This document shows, in pieces, positions 41,770 to 51,658 of a stretch of DNA of 64,000 nucleotides; position 1 is the stretch's first letter, and each line of letters starts with the position of its first letter. Source of the stretch: Desulfatiglandales bacterium. Its GTDB lineage: Bacteria > Desulfobacterota > DSM-4660 > Desulfatiglandales > Desulfatiglandaceae. Both the position numbers and the translations under genes were made by a program. The stretch is taken from positions 2,752,001 through 2,816,000 of the forward strand of contig OY759599.1 in assembly GCA_963662465.1 (NCBI GenBank), read 5' to 3'. Under the pieces are notes generated by a model, which saw nothing but the letters and a program-made list of their open reading frames with translations, did not search any database and was not told the origin of the DNA.

Positions 41770-43058
41770 AAATTAACATGGAAAAAATTGATGACCTTAC
41801 CCCTGAAAAACGAAAGGGCATCATGGAAAGATCCATGGAGGACATCTCCGTGGTTTTTGAGGATGTTCGCGGCATTGTAAACGACATAAAAGCCCGCGGC
41901 GACGCGGTAACACTTGCCCACTACCGAAAGCACAAAGAAAATATCGCACCCTCCGATCTGGAAGCCACCCGGGAAGAAATTGTTGCCGCCTACGGCCTCT
42001 TGGACCCCAAGGTGGTGGACGCGCTGAAAGCCGCGGCCCGAAACATCATCAAATTCCACACGGCCCAGAAAGAGCGGGAGATGTGGTCCATCGAAGTGGC
42101 TGAAGGCATTCTGGCCGGACGCATCACACGGGCCATGGATATCGTGGGATGCTACATCCCCGGGGGAAGCGCCGTTTATCCCAGCACCATCCTCATGACC
42201 GTGCTTCCCGCCAAAGTGGCGGGCGTCGGCGAGGTGGTGGCGGTGACGCCTCCCGGCAAGGGTATGACGGCCAATGCCGCCACCCTGGTGGCGGCGGACA
42301 TCGCCGGTTGCGACCGTATTTTCAAGGTGGGCGGTCCATGGGGCGTGGCCGGCCTTGCCTATGGCACCAAGACCATGCCCCGGGTGGATAAAATCGTGGG
42401 ACCCGGCAACAAGTACGTCACCGCCGCCAAAATGCTGGTCTACGGGCAGGTGGACATTGATTCCCCCGCGGGCCCCAGCGAATCCCTGATACTGGCCGAT
42501 GAGAGCGGTAATCCTGAATGGATCGCCATTGATTTCCTGAGCCAGGTGGAACACGACCCGGATTCTGCGGCAGTACTGGTGACGCCATCCCGGGAACTGG
42601 CATCCGCGGTCGCAAAAATCATCGAACGGGAATTTGAAACCCTCCCGCGAAAGGAAATTTTCGAATCCTCCCTGGTCAAGCATTCCTGCATCCTGATTGC
42701 CAAAGACATGGAACAAGCCATTGATTTTACCAATGAATACGCCGCTGAACATCTTCAAATTCTGACCCGGGACCCCTTTATCACCCTGAACAAAATTAAA
42801 CATGCCGGAAGCATCTTCATGGGCCCCTACGCACCGGTGCCGGTGGGCGATTATGCTTCCGGAACCAACCATGTGCTGCCCACCGGTCAGTGCGCCCGCA
42901 TGTTTTCGGGTCTGTCCGTGGACGATTTCATCAAAAAACCCACATTCCAGTATTTGAGCAAGGAGGGTCTTGCCAGCTTAAAAGACACGGTGATCACCCT
43001 TGCTGAAGCAGAAGGTCTTCCCATTCACGCCAGAGCGGTGAAGGCTCGGTTTTCCTAA
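41766..43058 (+). CDS. hisD: Histidinol dehydrogenase
   Basis: YIPGG, KIVGPGNKYV, AGPSE, QVEHD, AAEHL, GDYASGTNHVLPT. Confidence 0.92.
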   Translation: MKINMEKIDDLTPEKRKGIMERSMEDISVVFEDVRGIVNDIKARGDAVTLAHYRKHKENIAPSDLEATREEIVAAYGLLDPKVVDALKAAARNIIKFHTAQKEREMWSIEVAEGILAGRITRAMDIVGCYIPGGSAVYPSTILMTVLPAKVAGVGEVVAVTPPGKGMTANAATLVAADIAGCDRIFKVGGPWGVAGLAYGTKTMPRVDKIVGPGNKYVTAAKMLVYGQVDIDSPAGPSESLILADESGNPEWIAIDFLSQVEHDPDSAAVLVTPSRELASAVAKIIEREFETLPRKEIFESSLVKHSCILIAKDMEQAIDFTNEYAAEHLQILTRDPFITLNKIKHAGSIFMGPYAPVPVGDYASGTNHVLPTGQCARMFSGLSVDDFIKKPTFQYLSKEGLASLKDTVITLAEAEGLPIHARAVKARFS

Positions 43059-43124
43059 GATTGAGGCGACCGTTTTAAAAAAACATTTGGATATCTTAAT
43101 TTAAAAAGGGGAGGTTTAAAAGAA

Positions 43125-43571
43125 ATGGCAGACATCAAAGGTTATGATATGCCTGATGAGCTCTACTACCACGAAGAGCATAGTTGGGCCAGGGTAGAGG
43201 GCGCCAAAGTTACTATCGGCATGAGCGACATGTTTCAGAAAGAAGCCGGCGACATTGTGTTTGTAGATCTGCCCGAAGAGGAAGATGAGGTGGAACAGGG
43301 AGAGACCTGCGGGAAAATTCAGTCCCGAAAATGGATTGGAAAGCTCGTCGCACCGGTTTCAGGGGAAATTATCGAAATCAACGAAGACCTTGAGGACGAT
43401 ACCTCCCTGATCAACTCCGATCCCTACGGGGAAGGGTGGATACTGGTCATTCAAGCCGAGGACGAGGACGACCTTAAGGGGGAGCTTGACAATCTGATTC
43501 ACGGCGATGGGGTGGTGGATTTCGTTGAGCGGGAAATCGAAAAGACGGAAGCGGAAAAAGCCAAGGCATAA
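43125..43571 (+). CDS. gcvH: GcvH/LbpA-like lipoyl-carrier protein
   Basis: YHEEHSW, GDIVFVDLP, IQSRKWIG (lipoyl Lys), INSDPYGEGW. Confidence 0.88.
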   Translation: MADIKGYDMPDELYYHEEHSWARVEGAKVTIGMSDMFQKEAGDIVFVDLPEEEDEVEQGETCGKIQSRKWIGKLVAPVSGEIIEINEDLEDDTSLINSDPYGEGWILVIQAEDEDDLKGELDNLIHGDGVVDFVEREIEKTEAEKAKA

Positions 43572-43576
43572 AAATC

Positions 43577-44659
43577 ATGAAGGTTTCGGAAATGACCACC
43601 CCCTGGCGTCTGTTCAGGAATCTTGAATCGCCGGTTTCCACCGCCGAAGGTCTGGCGGTGGATGACACCCTGCCCTGCGCCGTGGGGGTCAATCATTCGC
43701 CGCCCATCCTCCACCTGTATACCTTTATCCCATCAGCGATTGTGGGTAAATACCAGGATATAGAGGCGGCCCTTCGGCTGGATCGGTGTAAGGTCCGCGG
43801 CATCGAATATAATCGAAGGAGTACCGGCGGGGGCACCGTCATCATGGGTCCGGAGATCGTCTCCCTGGGCCTCGGGATCAACGTGGACTATCCCGGGCTG
43901 AAAAAAGGCGTGGGGGGCGTATTTGAATCCCTGAGCCGCGTTCTCATTAATGCCTTGGCCAAACTGGGGATAGATGCCTATTTTCAACCCAAAAACGACC
44001 TGGAAGTCAGTGGAAAGAAAATTGCGGGGTTATCCGCCGCCTCCGAGGCCAACAACACGCTCCTTTTTCATACCAGTCTTCTGGTGAACTTTGATGTGGC
44101 ACTGATGACCGACATCATGAACACGCCGGTCATAAAATTCCAGGACAAGGGCTACAACTGTTTCAGTCAGCGCATGACCACAATACGCCATGAAACAGGC
44201 CGCGAGGTTTCCACTAAAGAAACCATGGAAGCCATTCAAGGGGCCTTTGAAGAAGAATTCCATATTATGTTCAAGGAAGACGCCCCCGATCCATGGGAAC
44301 AAAAAACCATTCAGGATTTCATCGATAAACGGTATACCCAAAAAGACTGGATCTTCTCCCACAAGCATCCCCGAACCCGAATGGGGGTCGGCCAGTTGAA
44401 AACACGGGGGGGACTTCTGGAAATATACCTTTCCCTTTCCGGCGCTTCCATCGAGAGTATCCTGATCACGGGAGATTTTTTTTCCACCAGCGCCGATATT
44501 CACAAAATCGAGAACGCTCTCAAATGGACATCGGCACGCAAGGAACGTATTGAAGAAAACATTTCGTCAGTGTGGCACGACAATATGATTTACGGCATTG
44601 ATGTGCCGACCCTTACGCAGGCTGTTTTGCTGGCAAAGGAAAATCAGGTGAGACTCTAA
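43577..44659 (+). CDS. Lipoate-protein ligase with C-terminal accessory domain (Lpl(AB)-type)
   Basis: RRSTGGGTV, PKNDLEVSGKKIAG, C-terminal GGLLE...ITGDFF. Confidence 0.88.
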   Translation: MKVSEMTTPWRLFRNLESPVSTAEGLAVDDTLPCAVGVNHSPPILHLYTFIPSAIVGKYQDIEAALRLDRCKVRGIEYNRRSTGGGTVIMGPEIVSLGLGINVDYPGLKKGVGGVFESLSRVLINALAKLGIDAYFQPKNDLEVSGKKIAGLSAASEANNTLLFHTSLLVNFDVALMTDIMNTPVIKFQDKGYNCFSQRMTTIRHETGREVSTKETMEAIQGAFEEEFHIMFKEDAPDPWEQKTIQDFIDKRYTQKDWIFSHKHPRTRMGVGQLKTRGGLLEIYLSLSGASIESILITGDFFSTSADIHKIENALKWTSARKERIEENISSVWHDNMIYGIDVPTLTQAVLLAKENQVRL

Positions 44660-44673
44660 TGCGGCAAGCCGCG

Positions 44674-44703
44674 GTTTTAAGTTTTAGGTTTTAAGTTTTA
44701 AGT
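44674..44703. repeat. (GTTTTAA)4-like heptamer tandem repeat
   Basis: gttttaa gttttag gttttaa gttttaa gt. Confidence 0.7.
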
Positions 44704-44762
44704 TGTTCCGTTAACAAATTTTTTGTTTTTTGTGACAGGTTTTCAGGAAATAAGGGCATTAA

Positions 44763-45827
44763 ATGACTGAAAAAAAACAAAGTCCGGATTACGCCAAAAT
44801 GAGCCAGGCCACAGCCATCTCCCTGGGATTGATGCGGGGAAAAATGTACCGGGGGGCCGTCAACCGATGTGTCAATCTGCTGGTTCACTATCCCGAAGGG
44901 TGTTCTGCCAATTGCGCCTATTGCGGGCTTGCCAAAAAACGACCCGGAACCTACCGGGAGAAAAGTTTTATTCATGTGGAATGGCCCCTCTTTTCCATGC
45001 AACAGATTATCGATGCCATTAACCAGGCCCCCGCCTACGTCAAGCGAACCTGTATATCCATGATCACCAACGGTAAATGCAAGGCCCATACCCTGACCAT
45101 GACCGAGGCGCTGACCCGCAACACGACGATTCCCGTATCTATCCTGACCAGCCCCACCATTCTGGATCGGGATTTTCTTGGCGAAGCCAAGGACCGCGGG
45201 GCCGATAAAATCGGTGTTGCCCTGGATCTGGCAACCCCCGAACTCTTTGATCAATATCGCGGCAAAGGGGTATCCGGACCGCACGTTTGGGAAAAATACT
45301 GGAAGTTCATGGAGGATAGCCTTGAGGTATTCGGCGCTCGGAACGTGGGGGCGCACCTCATGGTAGGCATGGGCGAAACCGAAAAAGAAATGGTCACCCT
45401 CATGGACCGGCTGTGGCGCATGGGTGTGGACAACCATCTTTTTTCCTTTTTTGCCGAAGAAGGCTCAAGCCTGGGAAACAGGCCCCAACCGCCATGGCCA
45501 ACATACCTGAGAATTCAATTGGCCCGGCACCTCATTGAAAAAGAAATTTCAAATTCAAGTCAAATGTCGTTCAATGAGGCAGGTCGCATTGTGGATTTCG
45601 GAGTGGACAGAGAGCATCTCAACGAAGTCATTGAACTGGGGGTTCCGTTCATGACAACTGGTTGCGTCGATCACAATGGAGAGGTTGCCTGCAACCGTCC
45701 GTTTGGCAACTGTATGCCGGATGTTCAGCAATGGAATTACCCCTATCGACCCAACCGGGAAGAGATCAATTTGATCCTGGAAAATATTTTTTTAGATGAT
45801 CACACAATTTTGAAAAAAAGCATTTGA
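44763..45827 (+). CDS. Radical SAM protein, LipS1-like lipoyl synthase component
   Basis: LLVHYPEGCSANCAYCGL (CxxxCxxC), C-terminal PFMTTGC...ACNRP; clustered with gcvH and the lipoate ligase. Confidence 0.72.
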   Translation: MTEKKQSPDYAKMSQATAISLGLMRGKMYRGAVNRCVNLLVHYPEGCSANCAYCGLAKKRPGTYREKSFIHVEWPLFSMQQIIDAINQAPAYVKRTCISMITNGKCKAHTLTMTEALTRNTTIPVSILTSPTILDRDFLGEAKDRGADKIGVALDLATPELFDQYRGKGVSGPHVWEKYWKFMEDSLEVFGARNVGAHLMVGMGETEKEMVTLMDRLWRMGVDNHLFSFFAEEGSSLGNRPQPPWPTYLRIQLARHLIEKEISNSSQMSFNEAGRIVDFGVDREHLNEVIELGVPFMTTGCVDHNGEVACNRPFGNCMPDVQQWNYPYRPNREEINLILENIFLDDHTILKKSI

Positions 45828-45852
45828 CAATATGAAAATCAAATGTTATCTA
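45824..45852 (+). promoter_or_regulatory. Probable sigma70 promoter of the tRNA pair
   Basis: Perfect TTGACA at 45824-45829, imperfect -10 (TGtTATCTA) just upstream of tRNA-Lys. Confidence 0.45.
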
Positions 45853-45866
45853 AACGAATTCTGGTT

Positions 45867-45943
45867 GGGCCGTTAGCTCAGTTTGGTAGAGCAGCGGACT
45901 TTTAATCCGTTGGTCGCGAGTTCGATTCTCGCACGGCCCACCA
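45867..45943 (+). tRNA. tRNA-Lys(TTT)
   Basis: GGGCCGT/ACGGCCC acceptor stem, anticodon loop CTTTTAA, TTCGA T-loop, encoded CCA. Confidence 0.97.
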
Positions 45944-46026
45944 GCATGGCAACATAAATCAGGACTGCACTTGAGGCGAAAGCCTCGACGGTGACCATCC
46001 AAGCGTTATTGAAGATTACCAATAAC

Positions 46027-46104
46027 GTCCCCATCGTCTAGCCAGGTCCAGGACACAGGCCTTTCACGCCTGCGACAGGGGTTCGAATCCCCTTGGGGAC
46101 GCCA
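46027..46104 (+). tRNA. tRNA-Glu(TTC)
   Basis: GTCCCCA/TGGGGAC acceptor stem, anticodon loop CTTTCAC, GTTCGAATC, encoded CCA. Confidence 0.97.
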
Positions 46105-46134
46105 AATAATTTCAGGGGGTTAGCCTATTTCTGG

Positions 46135-46530
46135 TTAGCTCCCTGATCTTTTTATGGAGCCGTCTCGTGATTTCCTGGTTCCCAACCGGATAGTCCATTT
46201 CTCAAAATTAATATCATCGGTCCATGTCAGCCGGAAAATTTCAGAGCGGCGGGCACCTGTTGTCCCAAGAACCACCAGGAGATTCCTGCCATAACGATCT
46301 GCTGCTATCATAAACCGTATGAATTCATCCTCAGTGAATACAAATTGTGGTGCTCTGTCAATTGGAAGTGGGTCGATTTTCGCCACGGGGTTAACAGGCA
46401 GATCATGAAATTTTGTGGCATAATTAAAAAAGACCAGAAGCTCTTTCCTACTTCGGTTGATCTGACGCGGGGTCTTTTTGATTAGATCAATAGCATATAT
46501 ACGTTCGGTCTCATTCAAGACGGTGAACCA
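46135..46530 (-). pseudogene. Tyrosine integrase internal fragment next to tRNA-Glu
   Basis: NPVAKI, GTTGARRSEIFRLTWTDDINFE; the HxxR and catalytic Tyr region and the N-terminus are absent. Confidence 0.8.
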
Positions 46531-46913
46531 TATCAACACCATCAAGGGCCGGATCGGGAATATGATTGATGGTGGGCAAAATCACGCCCTGCTGCATGGC
46601 TTCGATGCTGAGAGCGGCCTCGATGGCGGCGGCCGCGCCCAGGGTATGCCCGATCTGGCTTTTGTTGGACAAAACGGGCATCTTTTTCAGGTGACCCCTA
46701 AACACCCGTTTCAAACAATCGACTTCCATGGTATCTCCTCTCGGGGTTGATGTGCCGTGGGCGTTGACGTATTGGATATCTTCCGGTGCGAGCTCTGCAT
46801 CGTCGATGGCCCCACGCATGGCCCGGATCACGGTATCCGGGTTGGGCCGGGTGAAATGAAAGGCGTCGAATGACCACCCCACCCCCAGGACTTCCCCTCT
46901 GGGCTTAAGCCCG
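46531..46913 (-). pseudogene. Beta-ketoacyl-ACP synthase (FabF-like) internal fragment
   Basis: DAFHFTRP, YVNAHGTSTPRGD, SNKSQIGHTLGAAA, PTINH; truncated at both ends. Confidence 0.88.
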
Positions 46914-47085
46914 GGTTAGGGGTTGATTTGACCGTTCACAAGCGGCGACCGAAGTGTAGTACACCGAATCACAAATTCCTCGGGGGTTAATAAAACTAAA
47001 ATACATCCCAAATTCAAAGGATTGCTTTACACGAATACCCCACGAATTTATGATTTGCTGTAGTAGTATCCCGGAAGCTTTGCTT

Positions 47086-47110
47086 GTCCGCTTGGAATGA
47101 CCGGTTATGC
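47086..47110 (-). other. Left arm of an integron attC-like site
   Basis: Minus strand GCATAAC-CGGTC-ATTCCAAG-CGGAC overlaps the antitoxin stop codon; matching GTTATGT core at 47660-47666 upstream of brnT. Confidence 0.55.
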
Positions 47111-47326
47111 TCTTTGCTCAGGCAGGAGCTTTCTGGAAATTTCTATATCTTTCTTGATTAGCGAATTGATAATCTCACTTAAAGAAAAACTACTGTCTTT
47201 ATCTCGGATATTCTCAAAGAAAAATTTTTTAACTTCCTTATCCAGATAGATTGGAATATCCAATTCTTCAAACGATCTGTAGAATCTGCCCTGCTGTGCA
47301 TTTGTGAAATCATATTCTTTTTTCAT
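47105..47326 (-). CDS. BrnA-like antitoxin
   Basis: MKKEYDFTNAQQGRFY...IYLDKEV; ATGA-coupled to brnT. Confidence 0.75.
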   Translation of the reverse strand: MKKEYDFTNAQQGRFYRSFEELDIPIYLDKEVKKFFFENIRDKDSSFSLSEIINSLIKKDIEISRKLLPEQRA

Positions 47327-47616
47327 TTCGGACACCTCTTATGATATGCTTGCTTTTCTCTTTTTGTTGCTCTTCTGGCGCTGATAATTCTCACAACTTC
47401 CGTGCCGTCATCATCTCTGAAAGTATGGACAACAACAAGAACAGCCTCGCTTAATGATTTTCCCAGCAGTATCCATCTGTCTTCGCTTTCCGAGTGTTCG
47501 ACATCGTATTTATTCAACGCAAACGGGTCTGCGAACACATATGAAGCCTGTTCAAATGTTATCCCATATTCCCTGATATTGATTATCTCTTTATTTGGAT
47601 CCCACTCAAATTTCAT
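47323..47616 (-). CDS. brnT: BrnT-family ribonuclease toxin
   Basis: MKFEWDPNKE...GITFEQA...EDRWILLG...VRIISARRATKRE. Confidence 0.9.
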   Translation of the reverse strand: MKFEWDPNKEIINIREYGITFEQASYVFADPFALNKYDVEHSESEDRWILLGKSLSEAVLVVVHTFRDDDGTEVVRIISARRATKREKQAYHKRCPK

Positions 47617-47854
47617 ATTTGCTCTGCACCTGTCTTACCGTTCCATCTGGCATAAAATAACATAACGCCCCGCCTGCCCGAATGAATGTGAGTTTGTGTT
47701 AAGAAGTGACTAGTTAATATTCTATTGTTTTCTTTACCCGTATACCGCGTCCGAGCGTCCGGTCGCATCGGGGTCGAGCCGCAACAACGTATTGATTATT
47801 CAGCTGTTACGTCCCAAAAAAGCGAAGTAATAGGACGATAGTGTTCTGTTTTAT

Positions 47855-48029
47855 CTACTCTGCAAGGCTAATCCGATCGATCTTTCCGGCGGCAACTCCG
47901 AGAATGATCTTTTCCTGTTCATCCGTTGACGCTTCGATTTCGTACCCGTTCAGATACAGGAAGACCTCCAGATGATTCAATGACACGCCGATGGATCTTG
48001 AGAACCTCGGAAAGAGACAAGTACCGCAT
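47855..48029 (-). pseudogene. Doc/Fic toxin with internal deletion
   Basis: MRYLSLSEVLKIHRRVIESSGG joined out of frame to EVFLYLNGYEIEASTDEQEKIILGVAAGKIDRISLAE*; the Fic motif is absent. Confidence 0.75.
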
Positions 48030-48226
48030 TAGGCAAGCCTTTTGTAAAGTTCGGTGTTCTTTTTCAGAACATGCCTGACTGCCTCCTCAAAAGCATCTTC
48101 CGGCCGAGCCGGCAAGTCCTCAATACTAGCAGCGACCAGTTCTTCAGGAGTGACACGAAGCTGTCCCGCAACCTCTTTAAGCTTCAAGAAGCGATCATCA
48201 GAAATGCTTACGGTCAGATTTGTCAT
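48029..48226 (-). CDS. Antitoxin / small DNA-binding partner of Doc
   Basis: MTNLTVSISDDRFLKLKE...VLKKNTELYKRLA; TAATG overlap with doc. Confidence 0.75.
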   Translation of the reverse strand: MTNLTVSISDDRFLKLKEVAGQLRVTPEELVAASIEDLPARPEDAFEEAVRHVLKKNTELYKRLA

Positions 48227-48443
48227 GTAAAGCCCTCCTTGTTGTCATTCTTTTAATCATATCACTCAGTGGAATCGTTTTCAATACGCCTTTCACCCCA
48301 ATTTCAAAGATGTTCCCAACATCCGGTACGGGTATAGCGGGAAAAATGAACCCCATCGTTCGGCAAATCACTTGACAAAACTGATCTTGATGGGGAATTT
48401 GATTTCTGTTTGATAAATGAACACATCAAGTATTAGGAAACAT

Positions 48444-49060
48444 ATGCTCGCAAAGACAACCCTGATTGTCTCAGATAAGTGAAAAATGGACTTGATTTAA
48501 CGGACCATGTCGCTGCCTGCGGCACCATCGGCGGCGGCAACCATTTTGCTGAACTTCAGCCTTCTGATTGCCAGGCGATTTCTAGAAGCGCTGAACGCGG
48601 CATACGAGCCGATCCTCGATGCCTGTCACAACAGTGTGACAAGAATTGAGATTGACGGCAAAATCTGCCGGCTGCACCGCAAAGGGGCTGCGCCTTCGGA
48701 TAAAGGCCCCATCGTCGTGCCGGGTTCAAGGGGCGCCTTGAGTTATCTGATCGATCCCGTGAGGGACATGAAGCAGAGTCTTTGGTCTCTGCCCCATGGG
48801 GCGGGACGAAAATGGAATCGCAAAAGCACCCAGCAGCGCCTGAAAGCAAAATACAGTGCCAAAGCCCTGACGCAAACGGTGCTAGGTAGTGCCGTCATTT
48901 GTGAGGACCGGGATTTGCTCTACGAAGAGGCGCCGGAAGCCTACAAGAACATTGAATCGGTCATTGCAGATATGGTCCAGGCCGGCCTTATCAAGGTTCT
49001 GGCCACCCTGCGTCCGCTGATAACCTACAAGGTGAGGATGGAGAAACAGAGATTGGCCGG
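48444..49060 (+). pseudogene. RtcB-family RNA ligase remnant (release-factor-H-coupled type) with internal deletions
   Basis: GTIGGGNHFAELQ in one frame, then CHN, LHRKGA, PGSRG, SLPHGAGRKW, EEAPEAYK, LRPLITYK in another; much shorter than a full RtcB. Confidence 0.78.
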
Positions 49061-50442
49061 TTGGAACATGACCCCGATCGAAATTCCTCCAAAATCCCCG
49101 GCAGGGCTTCCACCAGATACAACGGCAGCGACAAAAGCGTAAAAGAAACCGGCATGCTGCCCCCGTCCATTCTGACCGAGTGGGTAAGAAAACGAATTTC
49201 CGGAAGATTCAGATCAAAGCGGACACACAGGGGCGATTTCTTACGTGCCGCAAACTGATGCAGGCTCTTGAGGGTCCCGGTTTTTCCGGCTTTGACTTCA
49301 ATGGGGACCACCAGGTTTCCGCTGGATGTCACATAATCGGTTTCCGCATTGGCGGTTTTCTGCTCCCGCAACCAGTAGGTCAACCGCGGCGGCTCAAGGG
49401 GCTGGAGCAAATGCTGCCCCACAAACTGTTCAGCCAGCTTTCCTTCATTGACAAGGTTATCCCCATCCAGGGCATTGAGCGCAATCCAGTCCAGTCCGGT
49501 GAGGTAGGCGGCCAACCCCACATCCATGAAAATCAGCTTGTACACATTCTCGTGGATGTCGGCAAAGAGCGGCACTCCCGAACAGTTGCTGTGAAAAACC
49601 TGGTGACATACCCGTGCCTTTACCAGCAGATCGATGGCCATTTTGACGTTTCTGGACCTGTCTTCTCTGCTAATGTTGCTGTATTTAACTTTTTGCCCGA
49701 TCATTCGGGGAATCTGCCTGAAAACCTTTTGCATCAGGACCAGGTCCTTTTGTTTGGCGTACTTGGAAAAATCATCCTGGTAGGTTCCGGCAATGGACCG
49801 GTGAACCGCTGTTACTTCGGTGACGGCATACTCCTCCGCAAACGCCGCCACCGCCTCCGGCATGCCTCCCACAAACAGGAATTCCCGCTGGCGTTTGAGC
49901 AGCTTATGATGGGCGGTAACCGGTATGACATTATTTATTCGGAAGTTGGATATATGAGGAGTCAGAGCCGGTTCCACTGCCGCCAAGAACTCACTGAAAG
50001 TCATGGGTCCCAGATGGTAGTATTCAATTCGGCCGACGGGCATTGAAAAATGATGGTCGGCCAGAGCAAATTCAAGCAGGGACCCGGCGGATATTACGGG
50101 TAGGTCAGGCATTTCCTCATAGAAGTAGCGAAGGGCCTGTATGGCGTGAGGGGTCGCTTGAATTTCATCCAAAAACAACAGGGAATCGGGGGATCGTATT
50201 TTTCGGCCCACCAGAGCGTTCAATTCCTGAATAATCAAGCCCATATCGAGGGTTTCGAAAATATTATCGAGATATAGGTTTTGCTCCAGGTTGATTTCGT
50301 TTAAAACAACCCCTTTTGAAGCCGCAAAATGACGGACCAGGGTGGATTTGCCTACCTGGCGCGCACCCCTCAGTACCAGAGGTTTCCGGTTCTTTTTTTG
50401 GTGCCAGTTATTCAGGTGTTTTTCAGCATGTCTCTCAAGCAT
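48991..50442 (-). CDS. AAA_14 ATPase with DUF4143-like PD-(D/E)XK C-terminus
   Basis: LRGARQVGKS, FLDEIQ, AGSLL, VGGMPE, ETDYV...PIEVKAG. Confidence 0.9.
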   Translation of the reverse strand: MLERHAEKHLNNWHQKKNRKPLVLRGARQVGKSTLVRHFAASKGVVLNEINLEQNLYLDNIFETLDMGLIIQELNALVGRKIRSPDSLLFLDEIQATPHAIQALRYFYEEMPDLPVISAGSLLEFALADHHFSMPVGRIEYYHLGPMTFSEFLAAVEPALTPHISNFRINNVIPVTAHHKLLKRQREFLFVGGMPEAVAAFAEEYAVTEVTAVHRSIAGTYQDDFSKYAKQKDLVLMQKVFRQIPRMIGQKVKYSNISREDRSRNVKMAIDLLVKARVCHQVFHSNCSGVPLFADIHENVYKLIFMDVGLAAYLTGLDWIALNALDGDNLVNEGKLAEQFVGQHLLQPLEPPRLTYWLREQKTANAETDYVTSSGNLVVPIEVKAGKTGTLKSLHQFAARKKSPLCVRFDLNLPEIRFLTHSVRMDGGSMPVSFTLLSLPLYLVEALPGILEEFRSGSCSNRPISVSPSSPCRLSADAGWPEP

Positions 50443-50684
50443 CGGTCAAAACAAACCTCTTATTTAGCCAACTTATTAACAATGTAGGCGTCTATTGTCA
50501 ACTGTTGTTTGAGCCGGATAAGAGTTATCATCCTTTGCGGAACTGCGACCCTTTTCCTCACATGACGAGTAATACCCGATAATGGGCCTGTGGGTATAAC
50601 CGTTTCTACGGTATTCATCGAAGCGGGTAATGCTCCAGATCCGGAACACCGACATGAATCAGGTTCTCAAAATTCAGTTTTCTG

Positions 50685-51135
50685 CCCCGGCGGCATCTGA
50701 TACAATCCAGGAAGGGGTTTCATCCTGCCCCCGCTCACATCTTTCATCACCACATCCAGTGCAGTCTCCTAAAGATCTCCATCCATGTCCGTAATCCATA
50801 TATCCACCAAAAACCGGTTCGAATGGACCTCTTTGGGAAAAATCCCGGCGGTATAGATGTTTCCCGGTCGGGTCGGCGAAAACAGCCGGCACAAGCCGAA
50901 ACCCACGGGAAAACCCACCAATCCAGCGTAACGCTGTCCCCAAACACAGGCGCTTTAAGAAACGCCGCATCCAGGGGAAAAGGCGAGCCCAGAGGCCCCG
51001 AGCGATCGCCCAGCGGCGCCGCGTAAACCTTTGCCGTGGCGCCTTTCCCGGAAATGGAAATCCCCGCCGGCAGGACGGCTTTGCCCTGGAATCAATGCTC
51101 CATCAGATAGGGCGCGATGTTTATCAGGGGTAGCC
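50685..51135 (-). pseudogene. Decayed duplicate of the dehydratase gene at 62528-63451
   Basis: 50690-51060 closely matches 62600-62962 and 51064-51135 matches about 63343-63418; large internal deletion and 1-nt indels. Confidence 0.88.
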
Positions 51136-51228
51136 CGGAAAGTTTAAGAAATGAAATTATGGCTGAACTTGAGGCTGCTCAGGATTGCTACTCTTGACCC
51201 TCTGAACTAATCGACCAAAACACGTAAT

Positions 51229-51411
51229 TTCGGAATGGAAGAGAAGGATTTCCAGGAACTCGCTTCATTGATAAGGGACGTGGTCGTCAAAAACGCCCAT
51301 GTCAAAGCCGGGGTTGAAAAAATGCGGCAACGGTTTGAAGATCTTAAATTTTGTTTTTCCCAGAAGGAATTCTCAAATCACATGCAGAATCTTCACAGAC
51401 TTCTGCTATAA
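51229..51411 (+). pseudogene. 3' tail of a serine hydroxymethyltransferase-like gene
   Basis: FGMEEKDFQELASLIRDVVVKNAHVKAGVEKMRQRFEDLKFCF...LLL* resembles the SHMT C-terminus; preceded by an in-frame stop. Confidence 0.55.
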
Positions 51412-51550
51412 AATATTGGGGTATGAGTCAGTACGTGATGCGCTACTTTCGATGTTTTTTGTTGCTTTTCAGGTGCGCCAACACGGAAGAATAGAATCAG
51501 CATCTTTCAGTCATACTTTCAAAGAAACCGGGTGATCCCATGGATTATTT

Positions 51551-51658
51551 CTAATCCGAAACCTCTCGAAGCGATGAAGCCAGATTCCGTAAATCTATGG
51601 GCTTCTCAATGTATTTGCGTACACCGCGGGCCTCCGCTTTCTCTGCCGACATCCTCTC
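51551..51658 (-). pseudogene. 3' tail of a receiver domain (hybrid kinase type)
   Basis: ERMSAEKAEARGVRKYIEKPIDLRNLASSLREVSD* with the receiver KP motif. Confidence 0.6.

Noticed and set aside
41766..43058. HisD paralogue such as sulfopropanediol dehydrogenase HpsN
   Set aside because: Motifs look like canonical HisD (GDYASGTNH) and there are no sulfonate-catabolism neighbours.
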